DNA of 64,000 nt, taken from positions 10,666,001 to 10,730,000 of the forward strand of contig CM119372.1 of the NCBI GenBank assembly GCA_051294905.1. Reading direction: 5' to 3'. Within the stretch, counting starts at the first letter, position 1. The number at the start of each line of letters is the position of its first letter. This stretch comes from Botryllus schlosseri. Taxonomy: Eukaryota. A model generated the notes under the pieces. It saw nothing but the letters and a program-made list of their open reading frames with translations. It made no database searches and was not told where the DNA came from. This document shows positions 39,579 to 52,753 of the stretch, in pieces. The translations under genes were made by a program, and so were the position numbers.

Positions 39579-42500
39579 ATCGTACAAATTTACTCGGTGC
39601 GACATCTCAGTCAGCGCAGACGTGGAATCCAAGCGAGGTAAGTCATCGCTGATTAGTGTTGTACTGTTCGCACAACTTAAATCGATGCAGACGCAATTGT
39701 GCTTGTGTCCCGCGAAGGGAAGTGAAATTTTATAGAAACGTTATGTTTCCATCACAAAGTATCTGGTGTATGCTCGATCGAGTTATTGTTTATAGTATTT
39801 TAGATATTTCCGGCGCGATCCCGCGAAGCGATTAACCGCCGATAACGAGTTCTCAGAGATATGCTCGCCTTTTCAGGTTTTGTCGTGGCTGTCGTCAACG
39901 ATCCAACAATACCCGGTGCCATCAGATTCAATCCCGCTTTCCAAAACCATTGCCTCGCCGAGGAGAAATCTCCGCGCTCTCACCCAAGACATTTTTTCTC
40001 GCGTCCGTGACGCCGACGGATTACTCACAATAACGTTGCATAAATTGAAGCAAGTTTGCCCCGACGATTCATTGGCGCGCTATCTTTTCAAACGCGTACA
40101 GGCCCTGTCGATTCCGCACCAGGAAAAAGGCTACGGTATGCACGGAGTGGGGCAATGCGCGGTCACTGCGCCGCCTTCGGTGAATACGAGCCCTATGGAA
40201 CAGTTCGAAGAGTCAGTGAACATAGACGGTAAGCGTACGACTCTATACCCGCGTACATAGGCTGGTTACAAGGTTGACGAAGAGTCAGGTTATGCGACTA
40301 AGCCACCGTTTATAGTAATTATGGGACAGGCAGGCATGTACCGTACGTACGTCGTACATGATGTACGTAACGTACTTGTGTGTATCGGCAAATAATCGCG
40401 TTAAAAATACAGATCAGGCAGAGACGATAAGAAATACATGCCCCGTTCTGTAAGTAGTCTACATTTTTGACAATTACACAGGACCGTCTCCTACTGTGGC
40501 GTCGCAATCATTTTAACGTCACAATGTATCTGTTTTACATAGTTCTTCTATTCTATACTATACTATGTTACCAGAGAGAGCGAGGTCAACCATGAAATTA
40601 ATGATATGCATTATATAAGTGCAGTTGAATGAAATAGAGTAGATAAACACGGGAGCCTTTACGTAGCAGTATCATCAAAGCCGAAACGCCCAGGCCAGAA
40701 TCATCTTGCCAACTGGAGTCGATCCACTTGAAGCTAATAAATGAATAAATTAACAATTGATGAAATAACGAAAATATCAGAAATACAATTGTTGATCGTG
40801 ACACAACATCATGGAAGGTAAATAGAAAGACCAATGAAAGGTCTATGATGGCTATTCGACCTTGGAAAATATAATTTTGCGATAGTTTGAGAGTATAGAG
40901 CAGACTTGGACAACTAGAAAATTTTCAGCTTTTCCAAATTACATTAAAAATAGATTACTGGCATTTCGCTGTAATTTAGTGACATTATACAACTAGAATT
41001 GTATAGCTGTCCAAGTCTGGTATAGAGTCAAAACATTGTTTTCTAAAGTCTAAAGAATGTACACACGCAAGGCATTTTATATACATTAAGCAAACTAATT
41101 TGATAACCGCTATATATATTCTGGTAGACTGACGTCATGTTTGCCGGCGTGTGACGGGATACTAAATATTTCCAGATCTCTTCGGCGGCGACATCGTCTA
41201 CGGATCGTCGGAATTCTCCGAATATTTCGACTCGCAAGCCGGGTCGTATCTGAAATACCTAGGCGGAAACGACTACCTTCACGCGTCCGTCGGGACGCGC
41301 AGCTACGACTATCCGCCCGCGAGCCTCGACTTGAAATCGTCGAGCCAAGGAGAAGAGCACGGTGCTATGCGAATCGCGCAGCATTTCAGACGCGACGCGT
41401 CCGGGTTCGGAGCGCACGTTTTAAACGGAAGCGCTTACGACGTTTCGTACTCTGGAAAATCATCGTCGAATTGCTCGCCGAGCGGGATATACGGAGACGA
41501 TACTGCAGGCGGAGATTGGTCTATTGCTAACTTTCAAACCACCTGCCACTCATACCAGCCGCCCGTGTCCCCGAGTACATTCTACAACATACCCGCAGCA
41601 AATTCGTCGGGCAAACATCACGTTAGAGAAGCTAGAGACAACGGACAGAATCATACTTCCCGGTGCCTTGACGTTGTACTGTCTTGCCGCGAAACTTCAG
41701 ACAACGACAGCGGGATATACAGCCCGGAGCTACACTCGCCCCATAAAGCGTCCGCGGGGCACATGCCACCTTCGCGAAATCCTTACAAATACTCTGAAAG
41801 CAGCTGGGGCGCGCGGGGATTACTGTCTTGTAAGAAATCGCCCGGTCACTACAACGGAAAAGCCGGTTGGGCTGTTAAAAGCGAGAGCGTCGCGGCGGCT
41901 AATTGGGTGAGTTTTATGCTATCCTGTACTTGTGTCTCGTGTTTGATTGTCGCTTTATGCGTAGAACTGCTCGTCCGAGCGATGGTGCGATGAAAAATGT
42001 GACCGCTCGTCTACATCGTCAAGCGCAGCAGCTGTTGGTGAGTGTATTGTTGTATGTATCCTCTTTATTATGCTGAATGGTCCGGTCACTTCCGATTGTA
42101 CGTCTTGTTGCATAGACAGACGCATGCCTCGTCCGTGTAAAGAATGTGACTGGGACTTGACCACATAGTTCATTCATTCGTTAATATTTTTCATCTGTTC
42201 TATACGCCGTAAGACTGCGATGCATTGTAAAGATAGCAAAGTGTCGAAGAGACTCGGATAAGTCTGTCAATACCAAACTAACATCATAATGTATCGCTAG
42301 CGCCGTGTATAGAGATAATGATAATGCGGACACTGCTGGCCAATTATAACTATCCCCGGATCCTCGACGTTTTGGATTTGGGTCAGAGTAGATACCTCAA
42401 TGTATTTTTCATTTGGCGAATCACTATGAGCTTCACTTTGGACGGAATCTTTTCGAGTATAATAATTCTGGGTCTCCCGTCGAGATATGAAGCGTCAACA

Positions 42501-45500
42501 TGAGCTCGTCGCATATTTTGAGTTGGTCTGACGCGTACGGTTATGAGTGTCGGGCGGATAATGTCACCTGTTTCAATATCACGCTCTAGCAGTCGAATAT
42601 ATTGATATATATCTTGTGAATCGAGATTTTTTAGAAAACTATGTGCTTTTGTGAAGTATGGCACCGGTTTTAACGTCCATTTAATCTTCCATTACCAGAG
42701 TCGAAGCTGTTAAACATGGACGAATGCAAGCCTTATTCGACTTACGAGTTAACCAACGTCATCAGACAAATGTCCCCTACTGCAACATACACCGCGCCGC
42801 ATTCTCCAAGCAATGACAATTCCCATTTCGAATGCGGCGACCGTCAAAGCCGAACAGGCGAATCTTTCGGATCCGGTGCCCAAAACCGGAACGTCACCAC
42901 GATTTACCCGCCGTTTCTGCTGCAGATGCAACGCGCCGCGTCGGTGAACGACTCCGGCAGAGACGATTCGGTGATCTCGCACACGCCGGTTTCGAACGTG
43001 TTTCAAGACAGCGTGACTGGAATTAACGGTAAAAACTGTTTTGATTATGTGCGAACATGGTCGACGTACACTAGTAGGTGGTAGGCAACTGTTATTCTTG
43101 CCGTGCGAAACACAACAGCTCTGCTGCCACACCGGAACTACGCGAATGGTGGTGTTAAATTAAGCCAGCAGATGACACATGAAACGTCAACACGAGTTGG
43201 CTAACTGGATGTTACAGTGTGGGTGACTATGTCTGGTACATAAATTATTATAAACCTTGTATAGGTTTGGTTCGCAGTGAATATATAACGGGAGCAGTAT
43301 ATGGTCAAAGTTATCAGAATTGCTTCCCAAGTAGAAGTAGAAGTAACGCTGTATGAATCGACATCCAACAAGTAGAAGTAGAAATTTCCAATACATGTCA
43401 AAACTGATTCCAAGTTGAAGTGGGAAAAGAAGGGTATGAAAATAACTCAAGTAAGTAGTTTCAAGAAGTTAATTTGGTCGAGGTGTTGCATATACGTTTA
43501 GCGGTGAATCTGATGTGGCTACTTAGGAATTTGAAAGGTGTATTTTCGCGACTAACGCAAAATGATTGATGGCAACACACACACACATGTAGGATTTTCG
43601 GAGATATATTAAGTGACCATGATACAGGTGCTATTTCGCGAGGTTCTTATCACGATTTCACTCATAAAAGTGGCGCAAACTTATCCCGAAATTACTTTAT
43701 ACTTTTCAAAGTCCGAAAGGTAAAAAGTAGGTAAGTCGGTAGTGGATAGTTTTGTGCAAAATCTGTGCAAGAAAAAGCGGAAGTAGTCAAAACCATACCA
43801 CTTGAGTAAGTTGTGCAAGTAGACAAAACCTGCTTGAGTACTCACAAAAAGTAGACGTACTTCGTTGCTGACCAGTTGTAGTTGAAATAACGGCATTGGT
43901 AACTGTCTAACTAGCACTGTTAACCAACTTTTTCCTTCTACATGGCATTGTATTCAACATTCCTGCTTATGTCGCAATGGTACATGTGAACAACAGTGCT
44001 GTTGTGTGTTTTTAGGCGAAGTGAATCCCGCATTGTCGCATTACGACGACCATGACAATATTGCTGAACATTCGGCATCCGGTGGGACACGTAACAGACA
44101 GATGTCTAGTCGCAGACACACCACGGACACCTCAGATTCATTCATGGACTCTTTAGAGTTGAAGATACGAAGAACATCGGGTATGTAAAAAAAGTGCATT
44201 AGTCGCTGTATCGCAATATATCCCTAACATATTTTCTATAGGCAGCTGAATAAAGCAACTGCTTAAATCCACGCTTCAAACACGTTGAATGATACCGAAA
44301 CAGTCAATTATGCATATATGCAATACTCATGCTGCTGTATGCGAATTAAATTCATGCAAACGCGATAAAATCTGTGTGCGCGTGTGTATAGAATGATAAA
44401 CCCTATCCCATGAGTTTAACGAGCGGATGTGGATTGTCAAACGCCTAAAACACAGTCTAGCCTGTACTCACAAAGACTTGCCTCAATCATGCCGTTTCGA
44501 TTGTCAACCGCACAAGGAAAATTTCGTCTTACCCACAATTCGCGGACCCGCATTCAAAATTTGAATTAAATCAACGCAAGTTACACTCTACAAATCTGTA
44601 CCACACAATCAGAATCGGACGTGATATCGTCACGGTCATTCGCTACAGTGTGATGTTCTTTCAGTGATTCATTTAGACGCTCTATTGTCTCAATGAGAAA
44701 GATGGTTAATGTCGATATCAACTTTGCATTGGGTTGACTGATTTTGAATGCAAGCTCGTATCGTAGCCTAATTTACATCGATGGCTCAGAATACTGCATT
44801 GTGTTTTACTCCATTCGACTTGATAGCAAACCCAATGTGTGCGCTAACAATGACTGCATCCCGCTTCCGAATCGGTTTTGACTTCGCAAATTGACTTTCT
44901 ATGTGACTGAGAGCCGTTTCCACAAGGCCTTTCGAAGAGTTCTATTGAATTCATAGCGATAACTATCTGCGAACCTATTTCCGACGACTGTCGATTTCGC
45001 ATTACAACATCAGATATCCAACAATCCATATCCCCTCTCATTTGCATTCATGCTGAAACGTCGTTGCCAGAATAACAGTGTACTTTGGTTATCTCCATAA
45101 TTTCGATACACGCATAAACCGCATCCTAGTGTATTGTGTATATAGCTGCATAGATAATGCGTATATTGCGGAACGCCGTGTTAGCAATCCCTCACAAATA
45201 AGAATTGCATGATGTGCTTATATTTTGTGCCAGGGCATCACTGTATGAAAATACTAGCAGTAGAATTTTCACAATGCTCCAAATTACGAAGCGACTGTGG
45301 CAACAGCATATAGGGTACCTATCGAAAGAGCTCAATTTAAATGACTATGGGCCGGCACTACTGACTTTATATCATTAATTTCACTATACTGTATATCCTA
45401 TACCATGCAGTGGTCGATTAATGTATGACGTATGGAGTTGTACTATTATAACCCAGCCACATGATTAGTACCAAAATGAATCATGGTTATAACGTGGCCA

Positions 45501-48500
45501 ATAGCTTCGCGCAGATGAATGAATATATAGCTGTTGAATTAGATTCACGTATACTGCCAACACCTGAGTCACTGAACGTCTGTCCCACACCTGATATTAC
45601 TGGTTTGTTCGGATTCAAACGAATTCCGATATTTCGTGGAACCATTCGCGGCGTTTATATTAACGCCGAACTTTCAACGAAAAATGAGACACACCAGCAT
45701 ATATCGTTTACTTCCGCATTAATCTGACGTCATTTGTATGTATATGCATGCATATTCGGCGAACAATAGTAAGGGTATCGAGTCCTATAGATAACCCTCG
45801 CAAACGGCCGGAGTGCTGTGACAATGTCAATTGAACTGCGTGTTCCAGAAAACCCAATGAAACTCAACTACCATCACTGTTTCATGGCTCTCTTCTAGTG
45901 CCACTATCAGGATACTCCTTCCAACTCCGACATTCGAACACTAACCCCGTCCTGTTTTCAACATCACAATGTACCGCTGACATCGGTCCTGAGATTGCCG
46001 GCCCAAAATATATTTTTTTCCAGTTGCGAGTTATGGCGTTGAGTACAGGCGGTCAGTAACGAAGTACTTTTGTTTTCTGCGAGTACGCAATTTGGTTTTT
46101 CCTGTACTATAATTACTCAAGTGCTTATGTTTGTAGACCACTTGGAATTTTTCAGGCCAACTACTTATTTCCACATTTCGGAATTTGTAAAATAAAAAGT
46201 AGATTTTTGATGCGTTTACATCACTTTTACGAGCGAATTCGTCATGACAACTGGACGATGAAGATCCCGTGTCACCGTGAATGGATAAGTTTCGTAAATT
46301 ACACCCATTGTGTCATTGGTCGTTTTGTGATGGTCGCGAAGAGGAACTCTGTAATTTCTAAAGCTATGTCGGATTAACTGCTAAAAGTATGCGATCCCAC
46401 CTCCAAATCTACTTTTGAAACTACTCGAATATTTTCGGATCGTCAGTTTTTACTGTTACTGAAGTTTGTAATCTAGTAAAAATATACTCGGTTGCTTCTA
46501 TTGGTACTATACTTTGACTTCGACCACATCTGTAAGTTCAATCGCCCTCATTCAGGCAAAAGCGTGACGTTGTGGGAGTTCATAAGAGACACGCTGCTGG
46601 ATCCGAAATACTGTCCTCGCCTCATCAAATGGGAAGACCGCAAAGCCGGCATATTCCGATTCGTGCAGTCCGACGTGGTGGCGGGAATGTGGGGCGACAA
46701 GAAGAACAACCCGAAGATGACGTACGAGAAACTCAGCCGTGCGATGAGGTAAGCGGCGGGCGCTCGGAATCCGCCAGCGCGTACGAAACTCATTGTTCGA
46801 ATCCGTTTCGATGCGAAGGTACTACTACAACCGCGGCATTCTCGAGCGTGTGGACGGCCGTCGGCTGGTGTATAAATTCGGAAGGAACGCGCACGGCTGG
46901 CAGCAGAGCGAATTCCAGACGGAAGTGGTGAGTATAACGCCGTACTTCTATACTTTGACGAGTGCATCAAGCAGGTTTCGACTGATTGCGCTACTTGCTC
47001 TACTGCAGTGGTTCTCACCCGCCAGTGCCGGTCCGTCCGCCAGATGAAATAGAATTTTATATCTCGATTCCAAAACGCAAGAATTTGGGTGCTTGTCTAT
47101 TAAGTAGAGGTATATAAAACATCAGATTTATTTCGAAGTTTGGACCTTATCTTTTTTTATGGTGTCGCAATAGAGAGTTTATGGTCTACTTTGTTCGTGC
47201 GTTACATCGGTGCAAGTGTTAAAAAGTAGCCTACAACTATACAACTAAAGTTTCGGAAAGGTTATATGTGAAAGCTAAAAAAGTTAAATTCCTACAGTGA
47301 AATTTAGCGACACTTGTGTGTAATAGAGGTTATGGCAAATAGCACAGTCGTACTTCTTTCAAAGGATACGGAAACAATCACAATCAGGTTAGTGGTCTTT
47401 AGCAGTACTTAGCGAGCGTCATCTTGCAGAAACTTCGATAGAACCACTGATAAATATATAGTATCAAAAAGACATCATTAAATGAAGTTTCCAATATTAC
47501 ATTTAAGTTGCACGCATTTGTCGGTTCGCGAGGTCAAAAAGGTTGAGAAATGCTGCTCTAGTGAATATGTTCTTAACCACTTCTACTTGAACAGTTTTAA
47601 GTACTTACGTATTCATTTTGAGATTTTGAAAAGTAGAACGTAGTTTTGCGATGATTTTGCATCGCTTTTATGCGTGAAATCGTCACACGAAACGCGTCAA
47701 ACAGCCCTAACAGTAGAGATCATGTTTTTTTTTCAGGATCGATAAAATGGAATCCTGATCCAATACGCATCCTGTTTCCGACTCTAATGTTAAAATCCTG
47801 ATCCAAAAATATCCTGCACAAGATTGAGCATCCATTTGTCCCTTGTGGTCGATATTTCTTTTAATGTCACCTCGGCAATGCATTGAAGTTTGCTATTTGG
47901 GATTTTTCGATATAGTGGTGTAATTCTGAAGCCAAGTCCAAGATAGATAGATAGATCATTTATTAAATTCGTCTCACCAGGAAAATTTGAAACATTCAAA
48001 ATAATCGGTATGGACAGGGAAGGGACGATACGACCAAGAAGTCATCTAGTCAATCCCTTCCCTATAGAGCATACAAATTATAACTCACGAGACAGACGAA
48101 CACAATGATAAATTTCGAAAACACAAAAATAAAAGAGATCGGTATAAACGAACAACATACACATAAGAAAGCCATGTTCGAACAGCAACAACAACAGTGC
48201 ATCAATTACAGACCAATAGGTTGATTAGAAGGGTCCAGCAAATAGTCTATCAGTGATTTTTTAAAACCGTTGAAGCTTCGTTCACGAATTGTAATGGGTA
48301 CATTATTCCAGATGATAGGACCGGCTATCAAAAGAGATCGTTTGCAGAATTCCTTCCTTACTAAATTGTGGCGATAATTTGGTGCGGCTGAAAATCTGGT
48401 ATTGTGACTATGGGTGGATGTTGATAGTTGTAATTCATCCTCCAAACTAAAGGCAAGCTGTTTATTGTGAAAACGATACATGAATTTAGCTACTTCCAGA

Positions 48501-50578
48501 TATTTAATTTCTTCAACTCTCAATATTCTCCACTCCCGATATGACTTCCCAAGATTACATCGAAATGACCCCGTAAGGGCACGAATGGCGTTGTTTTGAA
48601 TCACCTGTATTGGATGCAAAGTACTTTTGTTGCAGAAGCCCCTACTCAAAATTCCATATTGCAAGTGACTGTGAACCATTGCAAAATACACTTCTCGGAG
48701 CACCGTCTTCGGAACTAGATGTCTAAGGCGCCGTAAGATGCCAACACCACGGGAGAGTTTAACCGCTAGCTTCTGGGTATGGTCCTTCCAGGATAGATCG
48801 CCATCAATGAATATGCCAAGATATTTTGCAACCCTAGAAGGGTTTATCGTCTTATCATTTACCATTACACTAACAGTGCGATATTCTTTAGTACTTAAGA
48901 CGTTACTAATGAATATAATCTGGGTTTTGGCAGCACTCAGCGTTAATTTATTACATATCATCCATTTGGGTACCAAAGTCATCTCCCTATTAAGCTTCGC
49001 ATTGAGCTCATCAACGTAATCTGACGAGGCGAAGAGGTGCGTGTCATCAGCAAATAGGGTGGTTTCCATCGATGTGGATTTAGCTAGGTCGTTGATATAT
49101 ATCAAGAACAATGTCGGACCAAGAACAGACCCTTGAGGGACACCGCATCGTATGGCGCCAGGCGACGAGTTGATGCCACCGATATCGACACATTGAGATC
49201 TATTGCTCAAGTAAGATCTGAAAAGGTCATTGGCGACACCCCTGATACCGCAGGCCGATAACTTGGCATGAAGGAAGTCCAAGTTCCTACAAAATATCGA
49301 AGTAAACAAACAGAAAGTCACTTTCATGCACTAGAAATTTACAATTCTGTCCTGATCCGAACCTGTTTGAGAAAAAACTTGCTGGATTCCTTCCCAGTTA
49401 GAATCCAAAATCCTGATCCCGTACGTCTCTCACAGCCGCTGCTGTAAATATATTCGAAGACTGTACCTATCTGTAGCGTCGTTAGTCATTTTTCGTAAGT
49501 CGCGAAGATACATCGTGCAATTTCGAAAGAAGCCGCCACGGATAAACTGCCAAAAGATTGCGAACCCTCCACCAAATCTACTTTTCGAAGCTTCGTACTC
49601 GAATAATTTCGTGACCTTTCATTTTGTACACTTGGAGTATAGTTTTGACACGTCTTGGACAACGCTACATTCCCTTGTAATCTGAGTTGAAAATATGGAC
49701 AGTCATGAAGCATTTCGCTTTTTCGAGGTGTACTTAAGTAGGTTTTGCATGCATTCACTACGTACTCAAGTGCTTCTATTTTTAAACTACTACCACTTAT
49801 GCTTAACAGTTTTCAGTTTTTATGTGGAACTAGACCTGGAATACGTACTTTTTTCGTACTCGAAATTCTCTACTTCTATCGTTACTTGAACAGGAATTTA
49901 CTTCCACTTCTCTTTCTATCATTTTGTACTTACGCTTGAAGTAATTTTGACATAAGGTATTTTGGAAGCCACTACTTCTTGTTGCACTTGGACGCGAATT
50001 TACGTTACGTTTACTCCCAGGATAAAACCGGCGCGCGGTACGCCTGTGACAGCGAGACCTGTAAAGAGGAAAGGGCGGCTGACCCGCAACCCGTCGAGAG
50101 GAAATCTCGCAAGTCCAAGCCCAGGATCCCCGTGAGCGTATGCGACGAAGTCGTACCGCCCACGAAGATATGTCGGATATCGTGCAGCTCATCGCCCACG
50201 TACTTCTCTATGGAAAGATCGACCGACAACACGCTCAATTCTGCGGGTTTCTGCGAGCAGACCGCGGCGGTAAACTTGGAAAAATCCTTCGCGGATATCA
50301 GTTCGGAAGAAATCAAGATACGAAGCCAGCCCGTCGCAGGCAGCCCGTCGCCGGCCGTGTCGGTTACGGAACAGCAGCCTTCTTGTATCGTGTATGTCGC
50401 TCGTCGCGATGTGATGAGCAGCGAGACGACGGACGAAAAAGACATTATGCTGCTGGAAAACGCGCGGGACCTGCCCTCGGCGTGGACGCAGGATACGCAG
50501 GACGCTTCCAGTTCGAAGCTGCCGAGTGCGGACGTGCTCTTAGGGAAACAGTATAAGATTGCTAATGCTGTGATGTGA
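39579..50578 (+). CDS. ESE-class ETS transcription factor (ELF3/ELF5/EHF-like), Pointed domain to stop codon
   Basis: Exons 39579-39637, 39877-40228, 41176-41906, 41965-42037, 42699-43028, 44016-44180, 46556-46748, 46819-46927, 50021-50578 splice in phase. ETS domain: [84 protein letters not shown]-like segment: [13 protein letters not shown]...LRALTQDIF...[11 protein letters not shown]. Confidence 0.9.
46556..46927 (+). CDS. ETS DNA-binding domain exons (46556-46748, 46819-46927)
   Basis: LWEF, KWED, W...[15 protein letters not shown] and LVYKF motifs; the [15 protein letters not shown] string is characteristic of the ESE subfamily. A 70-nt intron splits AM-R-YY. Confidence 0.97.
47943..49283 (-). 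mobile_element. 5'-truncated CR1/L2-group LINE (reverse transcriptase C-terminal part, 3' UTR, (ATCT)n tail)
   Basis: ORF 48206-49327(-) contains [33 protein letters not shown] and GPIIWN. AATAAA and an ATCT tandem tail at 47941-47964; AAGTCCAAG duplicated at 47934-47942 and 49275-49283. Confidence 0.93.
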
Positions 50579-50629
50579 GCGGTGCGCCAAGTCTTGATGC
50601 TTGTTCTAGCCGGATTGATGCCTGCGTTG

Positions 50630-51064
50630 CAGGGCTGTGGAGTCAGTTGACTTAAACGGAAAATTTAAAAACGACTCCTTACATTTTCTTCGCACCACTC
50701 TGACTCCAACATTCCTGTAGATCTACTCCGAAAATTATGATTCAATACATTATACTAAGTATGGTTCACATTTGAACCAACCTATTATTTTGAATTTAAA
50801 TGAAAATTTTGCTCACTGAAAGAAGTTCATTTTTTGACGGTTCGCTTACATGAAAAACGTGATAACTTTTTTAGCTTCATTATATTTTAGTAGCATTTGG
50901 TTCGATTTTAAAGTAGCCCGAGTCGCAGTCAGAGCATTTTGACAAGCTCCGACTCCAGACAGTATGTTTTCCCCACAACTCCGGCTCCAAAATATGTTGG
51001 AAAATATATGTGACTCTGACTCCATCAAGATAAAATTTAACCTAACTCGGACTCCCCAGCCCTG
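50630..51064. mobile_element. MITE with GACTCC motifs just 3' of the ETS stop codon
   Basis: CAGGGCTGTGGAGTC...GACTCCCCAGCCCTG termini. Confidence 0.8.
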
Positions 51065-52395
51065 GTGGGGTGGAATATTTTAGATTGCTGTTTCGGTCTA
51101 TCTCTTAGTTAGCAAGGTATAGGCGTTTTCGTAACAGCATTGGGATTTTTTGCACTGGGAATTCAATTGCACTGGGCGCTCTTACTGTGCAATCGTAGCG
51201 TCGAGGCGAGTTTCATATTTTTCCATTCTAATCTATATTTGGTGTCGAAAGTTTGATGGTTGTGGTATTTCTTGATACTTCCTACTTCCGAATTCCTGTA
51301 TTTGAGATTTAAATTTTTTCATCACACGTGACTATTGATATGAGAATATGCAGAACATGATTTGTAGAAACTGTTTCAAAGCTCTAATGCATCGTCTCGG
51401 GAGAACTACTGAGGGGTTGTAGCAGGGATATCCAGTCTGGATGCCCCTGGGTTGTAGGTTCTCCTAATGTGCGGTAAGTATAAGATGTGGATTACTATTA
51501 CGAAATACCAGCTAAATGGCCTACCTATGGACGTGGCCAGTGTCATCGAAAACATCCTCTTATTCGCAAATCATTTTACTGTGACATAGTGACGACATAC
51601 GTTTACATCACGTCATAATAGATTGGTAATGTCATATCATGTTTAAAAATAGATGCCCCGCCCACATTTTCACCCTGGCTACACCTTTTGGCTTGTAGAT
51701 AAGGAAAGGTGTTAAAAATGACTTTTGCTCTCGAATTCTACTGGTATTTACGGTGGGCACAACTATGATAAATAATTAAAGAATTGGTCACCGTAAATAC
51801 TATTTTATTCAAATCCAAAATTTTTCGACGGCAATAACTCCGTTTCCATTGGTTGGAATTGAGCCAAATTTAGTGAGCATCGTTTCTATAGTCAACCTAA
51901 CAACGTCATGGAGTGAACAGAAAAGTTTGTATTTTTATTTATTCGTTTTTAGATAATCAATCGAAAAACTTTCCTCTCCTATAGCAATGCGGCTACTGGT
52001 TGGAATTGAACCTAACTTGGTATGTAGGCTTCAATTAGGTAACCTAACAATTTTATCAAGTAGCCAGTAAAATTTGAGAGAAAAGCTATTTTTTGAACAC
52101 CCCTAATATATGGCTATTATAGGTCGTTATGACTGCAACTCTCACCCCAATTGCCTGGGTCTTCCGGGCTAAACATTATTGGCATTGATACCAAAACATT
52201 CATGTTCGCATTTTTTTGCAATTGAGACTTATTATTGGTAGCCTATAACGAATGTAAAATTTATCAATCGTAATAATCGTCGGATTATATATTTTCTCCC
52301 CCTTAAGAGTCACGACACGCAAGGTACAACGAGATACACAACATGCAACGCGATTAATCGCCCTCAAAATGCGCGGTCGCATATTTGCTATGTAT

Positions 52396-52753
52396 TAGGG
52401 TTACCGTATTTGGAAAATCTGAAAAGAGGACACTTTTTCAAAATTTTCAAACTTGCAAAACCGGAGGAAAATCCTGAAAAAATGGTCAATTTTCTCGCTC
52501 AGTGCCCAAAATAAGTTTTCCTTTCACATTGCTAGGTGGTTGACTAAAAAAGGTCAACTTTCCGGATCAGCTCCCGAAATACCCACAAGAGCGTTACTTC
52601 GGTTCTCATTTACAGTATTTCAGTCGAACTGGACCCTAAATTTGACCAAAATTCTCAAAAAAAGAGGACAAAATCTCAAAAAAGAGGACATTTGGGCGTC
52701 CTCCGAGGACACTTTCAAAAAAGTCAAAAAAAAGAGGACGTATGGTAACCCTA
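52396..52753. mobile_element. hAT-type MITE (family of 7997-8365)
   Basis: TAGGGTTACCGTA...TATGGTAACCCTA, AAAAGAGGAC repeats. Confidence 0.85.

Noticed and set aside
49284..49327. ATG start of the 373-aa RT ORF
   Set aside because: These codons come from the host MITE; the LINE is 5'-truncated at ~49283.
51750..52108. Tc1/mariner-like MITE ending TTTTTTGAACACCCCTA
   Set aside because: Only one convincing end was found; no matching TIR or TSD.
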